Origin: Macrostomum lignano
Lineage: Eukaryota
Length of the DNA: 64,000 bases
Reading direction: 5' to 3'
Assembly: GCA_002269645.1 (NCBI GenBank)
Contig: NIVC01001861.1
Coordinates: 62,001 to 126,000 of the forward strand
Shown: positions 1 through 12,435 of the stretch, in pieces
How the letters are laid out: each line of letters begins with the position of its first letter
Numbering within the stretch: the stretch's first letter is position 1
Notes under the pieces: model-generated
Told to the model about the DNA's origin: nothing
The model's input: only the letters and a program-made list of their open reading frames with translations
The model's database searches: none
Made by a program: the position numbers and the translations under genes

Positions 1-185
1 GCTTCAACCTCCTTATCTCTCCAACCCTCATTCCGTGGCTTCAACCTCCTTATCTCTCCAACCCTCATTCCGTGGCTTCAACCTCCTTATCTCTCCGACC
101 CCCATTCCGTGGCTTCAACCTCCTTATCTCTCCGACCCCCATTCCGTGGCTTCAACCTCCTTATCTCTCCGACCCCCATTCCGTG
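1..185. repeat. 37-bp minisatellite (~5 copies, truncated by window edge)
   Basis: Unit GCTTCAACCTCCTTATCTCTCC(A/G)ACCC(T/C)CATTCCGTG repeated head-to-tail. Confidence 0.95.
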
Positions 186-192
186 GCTTTAC

Positions 193-647
193 CAAGGACG
201 ACTTAAGTAGAAGGACGGGAAACCTCGTTTCTTAGAAAATTTTAGAAGGCAGTTTTTTCCCGAAAAAATACACCACGGAGATAGGAAGTCTTCATTTTTA
301 AGCACAAAAATTGTTATTGCTTTTGATAGGAACGGCGCCCTCTGATTTTTCCATTAACGCCCTTAAATCATGGGTATTAATGTACTAATGTACGTACAAT
401 AAAAATAACATAGAATCCTAATTTTCTGAACGAAAAGCTTTACGAGTATGAATATCAATAGAGCAATAAGAAAGGCACAAAATAGCAAAAGATGAACATT
501 GGATCTGCCTCCTATCAAAAGCAATAACAATTTTTGTGCTGAAAGAATGAAAATTTCTTATCTCCGTGGTGTATTTTTCGGAAAAACATGCCTTCAAAAA
601 CTTTCTAAGAAACGAGGTTTCCCGTCCTTCTACTTAAGTCGTCCTTG
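193..647. mobile_element. MITE with ~150-bp imperfect TIRs and 8-bp TSD (P-superfamily-like termini)
   Basis: Starts CAAGGACGACTTAAGTAGAAGGACGGGAAACCTCGTTTCTTAG and ends with its reverse complement (...CTACTTAAGTCGTCCTTG). GGCTTTAC flanks both sides (185-192, 648-655). Confidence 0.88.
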
Positions 648-847
648 GGCTTTACACTGTTTAGTCGTAAAAGCAGATTTCTGTACTTCCGTAGCACAAT
701 GTAAGCGTCCAATACTGCATAATACAGAAGCCTTACAAGAATCAGTTTGCTTTTATCTGCTGCATCAGGCAAAGTACCCGTACCTAAAGTACACCTACAG
801 AGATATAGAAAAAACAAAAGTACAACTAAGTCCTAAACTAAGATTAC

Positions 848-2670
848 CTTTAGCTCTGGCGGCGGCGGCTGTCGTCCGTCAAAGGCGGTGCCGGACGCGT
901 CTAGGAAGCTCAGGCGGCCGAGGCCCTTCAGCGAGGCGAAGTCTTCATTAGCAAGGCCGGCGCAGTCGGGCAGGTCGAGTCGGCGAAGCTCCGGCAGGCG
1001 GGCGGCGAGGCGGCGAAGGCAGCCGCCGGTCAGGTCGGCCCTGCCGAGATGGAGCGCCTGGAGGCTGGAGCCATTCAGCTGCCAGGTGTCCCAGGCCGGT
1101 GAACTGGCTTCGCCGCTTGCAGGATTCACAGGCCAGTGATCCCAGACTTCGTAGTTCTCAACCTCTTTTGACTGCAGGAAAAAGAGAAGCAGCGAGCTGG
1201 AAAAAATGAGCTGGACAAAAATGACTAAAATTGCAAAACTACTAACAGCTCAGCTGCTCTAACAAATCAAGAATAACAGCAAACTGATAAGAATAAATAA
1301 ATTGGTTAGTAAACTACTTAGCAATGAAAGCCTCTTCAGTGACACCCTCAGCTCAGCTACCCGTTCGATGCGCAGCTCCTCCAGCTTCTCCAGCTTCTCC
1401 CATCCGACTCGGTCGCCGAGCCGCTCAAGCTGCCTCGCCAGCGTCAGCCGAAGCGACACCAGGCCGGAGCCGCAGGCCTCAGCTGCGGCCGTCACAACAG
1501 TCTCGTTCGCCACGTTGGTCAGCGTTAGCTGGCGAAGTCGGCAGTCGGCGATGAAGCAGAAGGCCTCGGCTTTGCGCAGCTGCTGGGCTGGCAGGCTGAG
1601 CTGCTCCAGGTGGCGGCCGCAGCCCCGCATGAGCAGCCAGAGGGCCTGGGGTGGGTAACGAGAAAGGCCACTAGCATTGACAATGACACATTTACATCTA
1701 ACTGCCTTTCTACTTGGCCAATCCGATAGATTGTCCACTTCTGGGCATGACAGGCTACGTTGTTACGGACTGATGTACAATGTTCTGTAATTCCACCCAA
1801 AAAACTCTAATCCAAAAGCCCCTCACAGTTCACCTGGTCGTTGAACCGCTTGACGGCCTGCCGCGAGCTTCTCCGCCAGCCCCTGGGCAGCCGGCTGTCG
1901 GGGTCAGCCAAGTGCAGCACCGTCAGGCACCGCAGACTGTCGCCAGCCAGCAGGCAGTCGAGAGGTGACGGACACACCGGCAGGCGCAGCTCCGTCAGCG
2001 CTGGCAGGCAGCGGGCGATGCGCGACAGCGCCAGGCTCAGGCCGGGCGGCGTTGCCTTGGTAACTGACAGGCTGCGGAGGTCAGACGCAGAGCCCAGACA
2101 GCGCAGGAACTGCTGCAGCTCGTCTTCCTCCTGCTGCCGCTCGCCGCTGTCGTCAAGGGAGTCGCCGCTGTCGGCAAAGTCCAGCTGGCGAAGTCGCAGG
2201 CCGAGCCGCGGTCGCCAGGAGACGAGCCGGCGAAAGCAGACGCAGGAGCGGCTCAGCCGCAGCCAGTCGGACGGCGCCAGGCGGTCGAGGACGCCGTCTT
2301 GGAATGCGCCGGGCGGCAGGCGGCGGACCGGACAGTCCGGCCGGCAGGAGGTGGGCGGGCCGGCCGGCGGCTCCGGGAAAATCTCGGCGCCCGGCAGGAC
2401 GAAACGGCAGCGGACGCGGAAGCTCCAGTCCTGCTCGGCGTGGAACAAGTCGTCCAGGTTGCTCAGCTGCAGCACGAACCGCGCCGTGCCGTCTCCGCTG
2501 TCGCTGGCAGCTGGCCGCGTTATTAAAATTCGGCCAAACTGACGGAGCTTCTCTTCTACTTCGTTTTCAAAGTTTTTGTTGTTAGTGTCGTCGCACTGGA
2601 TAGGAGGTTGTTGGAAAGGCTCACGTACTCCATGCATTTGCTCAATTGTCTTGATATTGTTGCAAAACAT
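848..2670 (-). CDS. F-box/leucine-rich-repeat protein (FBXL-like); 3' exons lie beyond the window start
   Basis: Phase-0 compatible exons 2670-1834, 1645-1346 and 1171-848 with GT-AG boundaries. F-box-like LPPGAFQDGVLDRLAPSDWLRLSRSCVCFRRLV is followed by Cys-containing LRRs (LRSLSV, LTELRLPVC, LEQLSL, LRRLDLPDCAGL, LSFLDASGT). Confidence 0.8.
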
Positions 2671-3034
2671 CGCATTGTTCTGACAATCTGGCTATAAGAT
2701 TGGCAACTTACCGGGTCAATTAGCAGTACGCAAATGCCGCAGTTCGACTGTTGACTCCGGAATTCATGTCTTATAGAATTCTCGCAGTTGAATGGCTGCA
2801 TACTGAAGTGTGCGAACAAACTCTTCTTGGCACTTTTAATTGAACAGTGTAATAACTGCCTAGGTGTATCGATACAGGACACTTTGACCGACCCGTAGTT
2901 AGCTTATAGCTAAGTTAGAATTCTTTGCTGTTGATTGATATCTCGGGGTATCTATCTATATCGATGCTAGCCACCAGAGAAAAAGAATAAAGTGGACAAG
3001 CAATTCGAAAAAACTGTACACTAAGATTCAAATG

Positions 3035-3590
<556 letters not shown>

Positions 3591-3721
3591 TCTGTCTACC
3601 CGCGTTTTTTGCCCGCTCTCTGCTTTTTAATGCTTGCAACTGATAAAAGCTTTACAAAAATCGGTCCCTGGGAATCGAACCCGGGCCCACACCTCTATCA
3701 AGCTCCAAAAGCAACAGCAGC

Positions 3722-6700
3722 TCACATTTCCTCCGGATTGATCCACTTATCGAAGAACTCGGACGGGAAAAACTCGCCGCCGCAGAACGGCACCAGCAGT
3801 TGGCGCGCCTGCCGCCAGCCAGCCGGGCCCAGGAAGCCGAGCCCCAGCAGCAGGCGGGCCACCAGACGGTCGAACTGGCGAATCGTCAGGCCGTCGGGTG
3901 GACTGCCGGCCAGCTCCTCGGCCGGGGCTCTGGCCGGCCCGGGCAGGCAGGGCCAATCGGACAAGCGCCGGGAGAACTGGCGCCAGAGCCGGTGGCGGGC
4001 CAGCCTGTGAGAGCGGGGGCGGGCAGGGGACAATGAAGGTCAACGACTCAACGGCATATTTTCAAACTTTCGTAGCGTAAATACGAGCCATGACAGTCAC
4101 AGCTGTCATAAGTTTAAGCCTCTAACTCATTTTCATTGTAATCCTTATTGCTTTAGGAAAAAACTGCTAGCTGAGCACTACTTACTAAGTAGCTGCATTT
4201 CATAGGCCCAAAATTTCATACGGCCGACGTCTTGAAGTCTTGAACTAGCGGAAGTGACTAGCAAGGACTATTAGACGAATATGAAATTTCGAGCTTTAAG
4301 CGACCGACAAAATTTATATAGCTTATAATAATAATAATAACTGATTACAGCTGCCTCAATCAGGCCAAGTGTACAACCGACAGCTCAGCCGCAGCTATTG
4401 CGCGGCGCATCTGAAGGCTGCGTACGGCTGTTCAGTCCAAGGACTGGGGGGTCGCCACACACACCCTCAATTACCCCAGCTAATGCTGCACCAATTTTAC
4501 AGCTGGCAGAACTGAAGCAATGCAGAGTTAAGTGTCTTGCTCAAGGACACAAATTTTGTTACAGTGGGATCGGGAATCGAACCCCCGACCATCAAGTCGT
4601 GAGCCCGACGCTCTAGTCACTAGGCTACGATCCCTTTGAACTCCCTTTGACTGTCAGTAATTTATACGGTCAATATCTTTTACTTACGGAGCGATTCCTC
4701 ATCCCTAAATTTCCAATTAGAAAGCCCGCACTACTAATTTCCATTCCGATCAACAACTGCATTCAACGCTAGCAGCGACCCTACCGAGCCAGCAGATGCG
4801 GCGTTAGCGACGTCTTCAGCGCCAGGCGGCAAAGGCGGACCTCCTCGACAGCGGCCGACCAGTTGTACTCGGCGGCGAGAGCCTCGGCGCAGATTTCGGC
4901 CGCGGCGTCACCGGAGCTGCCGCTGTCGCAGTTGGCGCTTAGGCGAGCGTCGACTAATTCTTAGCGACAGCAATAGAAAGGGTTAGTGGCGAAAACGGTT
5001 GATAGATTCAATATCACCCGGTCTTTAACACAAATAACTTGAAGAATTTTGGCTCGTGTTTATGTTTCTATCAACGTTCGAGTGTAGCAATAGATGCCAG
5101 GAATTGAATTACTTAGTTATCTATCCTTGTATGCCTGTTCTAGAGTGGAAGGGATACCTGTTCCAGAGTGGAAGGGATGCCTGTTCCAGAGTGGAAGGGT
5201 GCCTGTTCCAGAGTGGAAGGGATGCCTGTTCCAGAGTGGAAGGGTGCCTGTTCCAGAGTGGAAGGGATGCCTGTTCCAGAGTGGAAGGGTGCCTGTTCCA
5301 GAGTGGAAGGGATGCCTGTTCCAGAGTGGAAGGGATGCCTGTTCCAGAGTGGAAGGGATTCCTGTGCATGAGTGGAAGGGATGCCTGTTCCAGAGTGGAA
5401 GGGTGCCTGTTCCAGAGTGGAAGGGATGCCTGTTCCAGAGTGGAAGGGATGCCTGTTCCAGAGTGGAAGGGATGCCTGTTCCAGAGTGGAAGGGATACCT
5501 GTTCCAGAGTGGAAGGGATGCCTGTTCTAGAGTGGAAGGGATGCCTGTTCCAGAGTGGAAGGGGTGCCTGTTCTAGAGAGGAAAGGATGCCTGTTCCAGA
5601 GTGGAACGGATGCCTGTTCCAGAGTGGAAGGGATACCTGTTCCAGAGTGGAAGGGATGCCTGTTCCAGAGAGGAAGGGATGCCTGTTCCAGAGTGCAAGG
5701 GATGCCTGTTCCAGAGTGGAAGGGATGCCTGTTCCAGAGTGGAAGGGATGCCTGTTTCAGAGTGCAAGGGATGCCTGTTCCAGAGTGCAAGGGATGCCTG
5801 TTCCAGAGTGCAAGGGATACCTGTTCCAGAGTGGAAGGGATGCCTGTTCCAGAGTGGAAGGGATGCCTGTTCCAGAGTGCAAGGGATGCCTGTTCCAGAG
5901 TGGAAGGGATGCCTGTTCCAGAGTGGAAGGGATGCCTGTTCCAGAGTGGAAGGGATGCCTGTTCCAGAGTGGAAGGGATGCCTGTTCCAGAGTGGAAGGG
6001 ATGCCTGTTCCAGAGTGGAAGGGATGCCTGTTCCAGAGTGGAAGGGATGCCTGTTCCAGAGTGGAAGGGATGCCTGTTCCAGAGTGGAAGGGATGCCTGT
6101 TCCAGAGAGGAAGGGATGCCTGTTCCAGAGTGGAAGGGATCAGCGAAACTCACTAGTCCGGAAGCTTCCGACGGCAGGGCCCAGAGTCACTACCATGTGT
6201 TTACTAGACAAGCGCTGCTAACAAGTGGAAGGATTCTAAGGAATGTAGCTATGATTTTAGTTTAGCCCCAAATTATTGCGACTGCACTTGGCATCGAGCC
6301 TGCAGTGCTGGCACCTCAGAGCGCCGTGCCAGACCCACAAATCCTACAGATTCCTCTCAATATCTTACCGGCTCCAAAAGTGGCCTGGAAGTCTCGCAGA
6401 GCTCGGGTGAGAAGACCGAGAAGTCCGCCGCCGCAGCCGTCGCTGCCCACCTGCCGCAGCTGTCGCCTGGCAACAGCAAAGAACAGACGCGAGGCCAGAA
6501 GATGCTTCAAGCCGTCTGGCAGAGGCTGGCCAGTCACAGCCTCGGACAGGCTGAAGCTGCACAGCTCTCCAAGGACCACTCTCGGCCGGGAGTTCAGCCA
6601 GCCGTCCAGGGCTGCCTGCAGGTCCCAGTCGCCGCCGCGGTCGCCAGCCACCGGCCACCGAGGCTCGAAGGCGAGTCGCCGCAGCAACCGGCAGGCGGCC

Positions 6701-9306
6701 TCGTCCTCGGCCAGTCGGTCGGACACCAGCGCGTCCAGCTGTCCGATTCTGTCCGATGCGTCGGCAGGCAGCGGCTTGGAGCGGCAGGCAAAGAAGGACA
6801 GCAGGCGGCACAGCTCCAGCCAGCTGCGGCCACTCAGGCTGTCCCGCAGTTGCCAGAACTCGGCGAGGCTCAGCGTCCGCTCCAGGAGTCCATCGGCGAG
6901 ACGGCGAGAGAACTCGGCCAGCAGATCCACGTATTCGGCTCCGAGCTGGTCGCGGAAGTGAAGACAGTCGTCCAGCGGCTGCCACAGCTCGGACAGAGAC
7001 AGCAGACGGGGCAGAAGCTGCATTGGGGACCCGCCTTGACGCCACAGATCCGGGAAGTGGCGGGCGAACACTTGCGAGAGCAGCGAGGCGCGCAGAAGGT
7101 TGCGGTAGCTGAGAATTGAAGGCAGTTGGGTAAAAATTACGAAACTGGGGAGTAAGATTGCTTTAAATAGAAACACTGCATGCTCAGGTCTGAACGAAAG
7201 GATGTTACGAGTAGTTCAGACTAACGAAATCATCATTTGAAGCCCTCGATAGGCTTCCGACCCCTTCACTAAGGGACCCTTTCTTCTTTTAGAAGAACAG
7301 CTACTTCTTGAGTGACGATCTCTGATTTAGACTGTAGAGAATGTCTGTTCCAGAGTGGAAGGGATGCCGGTTTTAGAGTGGGGGAAGGGATGCCTGTTCT
7401 AGAATCCAGAGTGGAAGGGATGCCTGTGCATGAGTGGAAGGGATGCCTGTTCCAGAGTGGAAGGGATGCCTGTGCATGAGTGGAAGGGATGCCTGTTCCA
7501 GAGTGGAAGGGATGCCTGTGCCAGAGTGGAAGGGATGCCGGTTCCAGAGTGGGAGGGATGCCTGTTCCAGAGTGGAAGGGATGCCTGTTCCAGAGTGGAA
7601 GGGTGCCTGTTCCAGAGTGGAAGGGATGCCGGTTCCAGAGTGGGAGGGATGCCTGTTCCAGAGTGGAAGGGATGCCTGTTCCAGAGTGGAAGGGATGCCT
7701 GTTCCAGAGTGGAAGGGATGCCTGTTCCAGAGTGGAAGGGATGCCGGTTCCAGAGTGGAAGGGATGCCTGTTCCAGAGTGGAAGGGATGCCTGTTCCAGA
7801 GTGGAAGGGATGCCTGTTCCAGAGTGGAAGGGATGCCTGTTCCAGAGTGGAAGGGATGCCTGTTCCAGAGTGGAAGGGATGCCTGTGCCAGAGTGGAAGG
7901 GATGCCTGTTCCAGAGTGGAAGGGATGCCTGTGCCAGAGTGGAAGGGATGCCGGTTCCAGAGTGGGAGGGATGCCTGTTCCAGAGTGGAAGGGATGCCTG
8001 TTCCAGAGTGGAAGGGATGCCTGTTCCAGAGTGGAAGGGATGCCTGTTCCAGAGTGGAAGGGATGCCGGTTCCAGAGTGGAAGGGATGCCTGTTCCAGAG
8101 TGGAAGGGATGCCTGTTCCAGAGTGGAAGGGATGCCTGTTCCAGAGTGGAAGGGATGCCTGTTCCAGAGTGGAAGGGATGCCTGTTCCAGAGTGGAAGGG
8201 ATGCCTGTGCCAGAGTGGAAGGGATGCCTGTGCCAGAGTGGAAGGGATGCCTGTTCCAGAGTGGAAGGGATGCCTGTGCCAGAGTGGAAGGGATGCCTTT
8301 ACAAGAGAGGGTGTTTCGTTAGCAAAACTTACTGATCGGGCTTCAGACTTCGGATGACATGCGTCAGCGTGCCAGTGACCAGAGAACCTCTAGGCCGGCT
8401 ACCCTGGGCACTGGTAGATACAGTCTCCTCAGCGAGCCTGGCGCCCCATCTCATAGACAAACGTGACACCAGACGAGATAACAATGCAGCGGGGCTGTTT
8501 CTCGAAACAGCAGTCTCAGGCGCAATAGAGGCCTCGGCCTCAGCCAGCGCGGGCGCAGCTCTGGCAGCGAAGTCAGCCAGGCCAGAATCAGCATCGGGCC
8601 CATCGTTCCAGTCAAGAAATTCGAGGCCGAATTGCACCAATAGGAAACGGGCAGGGCCCCTGGCATTCCTATGAACAGACAGGATTTGAATTGCAGAGAC
8701 CAGGTGACGAGCTTCGAACACCAAAACAACATTAGCCTGCTTGGCGAGGCGCCAGACGATATCGGAAAAGACGCAGAGAACTTCTGGCTGCGCGTTCGCC
8801 TGTTGGAAAAAGAAGTCGATTAAGGCTGGCTGCTGATCTTTTAGGCGAATATACAGCGTTGGGGAGGTCCGTGGAAGATTAAGCGCAAGGCGAACAAGCG
8901 CCTGGGCGAAGGCGCCGTCATTGACAGACAGTTCGCATACGGCAAAGAGCTGGCAGCAGAAGTCGGACCAGCCATCTTGGCTATTCGAGGTAGTCAGCAG
9001 GTGAAAACCTGGCAGCAGTGTCAACGGTCTGACCCGATTAATGACAGTGCGGAATGGATACCTGGGCTGGTGGTAGCGCACAGAATAAAAGACTTGGCCC
9101 TGTGGTAGCACCAGGCGTGTCTGAAAACCAAATAAGTTTCTCGAAAATTCGCTAGGTTGAACTGAAGCGCGAAAAGCGTCACAGGTGACAGTGAGCTCCA
9201 GCTCTAGGTTTCTGTAATAATCATGCACATTCCCAATGCTTGAACTCCTCGAGGTGGCAGTTAGGCCAGAGAAGGGCAAGTAGAACTTTTGCACCTGGGA
9301 ATCAGC
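3722..9306 (-). CDS. Multi-exon gene (>=723 aa) with a degenerate NACHT/STAND-like domain; 5' exon not located
   Basis: Exons 9306-8333, 7108-6369, 4959-4785 and 4004-3722 join in matching phases (2, 1, 2) with GT-AG sites and end in TGA. NACHT-like order: HLLTTSNSQDGWSDFCCQL (Walker A position), LYIRLKD, LIDFFFQQ, NVVLVFEA (Walker B position), GSPMQL (GxP-like). Gene structure is well supported; the domain call is tentative. Confidence 0.7.
4325..4634 (-). mobile_element. tRNA-derived CORE-type SINE, copy 1
   Basis: On the minus strand: A-box-like TAGCCTAGTGA, B-box GGTTCGATTCC, CORE-like TGTGTCCTTGAGCAAGACACTTAACTC...CTGTAAAA, and a (TTA)n tail. Near-identical copies lie at ~40.7 kb and ~61.3 kb. 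Confidence 0.85.
5133..6140. repeat. 23-bp minisatellite (intronic)
   Basis: Unit GATGCCTGTTCCAGAGTGGAAGG, roughly 40+ copies. Confidence 0.97.
7343..8297. repeat. 23-bp minisatellite, same family as 5133-6140 (intronic)
   Basis: Same unit GATGCCTGTTCCAGAGTGGAAGG in the same orientation. Confidence 0.97.
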
Positions 9307-9376
9307 CTGCAATTTGTATGTTTGTTTGTAAATTTAACAGTACAAAGCCCTAAAATATAGGCACAAATTCCTAATA

Positions 9377-9984
9377 TACTGTCCGTCAAAAGCCCCGGAA
9401 CCCTTGCTACGATGTCTTCTAGCGGACATAATTTCAGTCCATTTCAATTGTAACTTGATTCAAATGAAAGCTGTGGATCTCAGCTCCATGATGTGGTCAA
9501 GAAAAAGTTTATTCGAAGGAGCGCGTGTGAACAGGCCAGTGTTATGTACATAAAGGTTAGAGAAAAAAAAGTGAGAAAAAGACAAACAAGCAATTGTTTT
9601 TTACTCTTTTTTACTCTCCCATAAAAGCTGACTGCACAAGAATCCATAAGAGCCTGTTGATTTCAACACAAGTTTTGGCCATAGACTAATGTTAGCCAGG
9701 CTGAACACTGCGCGCAAACCGATTCCTTCCCATGTGTGTTTGCTCCATATACTCAGCAACCATAGACAATTGCTTGTTTGTCTTTTCCTCACTTTTTTCT
9801 CTAACCTTTATGTACATAACACTGGCCTGTTCACACGCGCTCCTTCGAATAAACTTTTTCTTGACCACATCATGGAGCTGAGATCCACAGCTTTCATTTG
9901 AATCAAGTTACAATTGAAATGGACTGAAATTATGTCCGCTAGAAGACATCGTAGCAAGGGTTCCGGAACTTTTGATGGACAGTA
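9377..9984. mobile_element. MITE with ~225-bp near-perfect TIRs and TA target (Tc1/mariner-like)
   Basis: TATACTGTCCGTCAAAAG...AAGCAATTG at left is mirrored by CAATTGCTT...CTTTTGATGGACAGTATA at right. TA/TATA lies at both ends. Confidence 0.88.
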
Positions 9985-10399
9985 TAGTACATTGATGTCA
10001 TATAGTAAAGTCTTTGCCTTGCTTTATTTATAAGGCAATAAATTGTTTTGTATTTGTTTAATTTCCCAATGAAAACGATACCTAGGCCAAGAAGCGTCAC
10101 TTGTGTCACCCCAGAGTCATTGCATGTAACACAAGTAAAATAGGAAAGAAGTGACTCTTATATGTAAGATGCTACTCAACATTTGGAACTGCAATAGCTA
10201 GAGTTGATTATATTAATTTAGTAGGCAAGATATACAGAATAAAAAGGAGGCTCAAGCTGGTTGTATCCAGGCCAAGCAGGAAGTTCAAAGAGCCCTAGAC
10301 AAGCTGCAACAAGCTCAGCAAGAAGAGAAAGATGTTGCCATCAAAGCCTCTAGATTTGAAGCAAAACCTCCAAAAAAATCAGAGCAAGATCAACTACTA

Positions 10400-12100
10400 T
10401 TAAGTGAGCAATAAAACAGTAAAATAAGTGCTATTGAGTTTATACAAAGTTAAACATTATAAAGTTTGACAATTTTATTACTAGTATAAACCACTATTTT
10501 TATTGTGCCAAGCATGTGCCTATGACTAGAAAGTGAAGAAAAGTGAAGTGAAGAAAAAATCTTTTGAGCCTTTCAAAGCTGCAATCCAGGAAATTCTGGC
10601 TGCCTGCGGAAACACTGTTGTCCATGTACCAATTCTCTGGGATGCTGCCCATTTTGTCACCGTGACCAATGTATAAGATAGTGCAGGTATGTTGCTGCAT
10701 GTATTTATTAAGCAAGCAAATCACTTTGCTCATCTTTTCTGGCATATCCATGGATTTGCTGCATTGGAGATAGATAGGGTTTACTACCATTTTCAATTTA
10801 GTTTGCTCATAAGTGTGTTAGATTTAAGCAGTCATTGTCTACCACTCTACAGAAAGCGTCAGAAGATTCCAGTGCAATGCGAGTTATACCTAACTTTGCA
10901 ATGCAGCGCTTTTTAAGTTTGAGCATCAAGCAGTGGGATGCCATTGCTGCCTCTTATGGAAAGCTGCACACTGCATTCTGTGCAGAAAACCCACAATGCA
11001 GTGTGAACGAGACCTTGCAATATAAGCTATTTGGTAACAATTTTGTCATGGAGCTTCTGTGCCTGCTGGACCTGTTTGCACGTCTACATGCCTTTATGAC
11101 CCTCATGCAAGATAGCAATCTGCCACATTGGAAGGTTTCCACTCACTGTGAAACAGTTGCTGAAAATTTGCACATTTGAGGCAAATGTTTTGAAGGTAGG
11201 ATTGATAACAAATGGGAAGAATAGAGAATAATGCAACTTTATAATATGAAATCAACTGGTAATCTTTTTCCACTTATTAAAAAATATTAGGTCAGACTAC
11301 CCACGGTACAACAAATGTGCTGATGACATCAAACTGGATGGTGAATACAATGGCATCACCTTGTTGGAGGGTTGGCTAATTAATGTTGCTCCTAACAGTA
11401 AGGCTTTGGCAGCTGCTGCTGGCAGATAGTGTTGTCCTGGCAGTCTAGTGCATTGGCACTGTCGTAAACAGCAGGTAGGTGGCAAGCTATGCCTCTTACA
11501 GTATTGCATAAAAAATACTGTAAGTTTGAATTAATAACTATTCCCTTAACCAATCCCATATAGGATATTGAGGTGGATATCTGCAATCTCGCCAATGAAC
11601 TGCATTGTAGCTTCATCTCGCGAGTCACGCATTGCCTAAGTGAGTACAAGGTGGACTGCGTGACAATGGATGCCACTAATGCTATCAGCATCTTGGCATC
11701 CAATGATGTTGATGTCAATGTTGAGGAGCTGACTTCATCAGCTGCATCACTCCAACTTGTTGAACAGGCTTCCTGTTTTGAGCACCTGCATGACCGTGTG
11801 CATGTAGCTTTGTTTTGACTCCAGTTCACAAGACCATCCTATCAGGAAAAGGCTACAAGGGTTGGCTAAGTCCAGATGTCTATAGTGAGATCATTAGTTT
11901 GAAGTGCACTCCTTTGCAGCATCTAGCCAATCTCAATCTGCGCCTAGCAGGCAAAACTTGAGACAGCAAGTAGTTTGTTGCCATTGTAGATGAAGCTGCC
12001 ATCTACCAATCATTTTATAATGATCTACACGTCTATAGCTTGGCTAGGCAGAAGGCCTATGCACTGTGCACTGTGTTGATTTTGTGCTACATTGGGTTGG
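10400..12100 (+). pseudogene. Decayed hAT-superfamily transposase remnant
   Basis: Broken ORFs 10835-11179 and 11573-11818 contain FAMQRFLS (tRW-like) and KLFGNNFVMELLCLLDLFARLHAFMTLMQDSNLP, resembling hAT catalytic-domain helices. Multiple stops; CpG-poor. Confidence 0.5.
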
Positions 12101-12435
12101 CTTGGGTAGGAATACTTTTTATGAAAAAATTGTTAAACAAATTTTAATCTCATTTTATCTCTCCTAATCTTTTCTAATCTCGTTTTAGCTGAAATTGATG
12201 CTGCCACCATTAGGCAGCAGCTTGTGCAAGTGCTTCCTGGATAAAGCAGCAAAAATATATTATAGCAGGGATAGTGACAAGGGTGTCTAAAAGCATTAAA
12301 AACCTTTTTTTTCCAATCCACAGCAAAGAGCTCAACACTAGCAAGGTTGTTGAAAAGCGGAAGCAAGCATTCTCTCTCTGCCCATATATCAACAATTTTT
12401 ATTTGATTTTTTACTTTCATATATATAAGCATCGC

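Noticed and set aside
3665-3715. tRNA gene candidate (GGGAATCGAACCCGGG)
   Set aside because: Only a B-box/T-arm fragment with no cloverleaf; probably a SINE relic. The same applies to ~41355-41410 and the SINE heads.
6502-7119. Plus-strand ORFs overlapping the 6369-7108 exon, and similar shadows at 1841-2542 and 51124-51678
   Set aside because: Antisense shadows of GC-rich exons whose true frame is fixed by splice-phase continuity.
5056-8357. Long Cys/Trp-rich repetitive ORFs (200-366 aa)
   Set aside because: Products of the 23-bp intronic minisatellite cycling through all frames.
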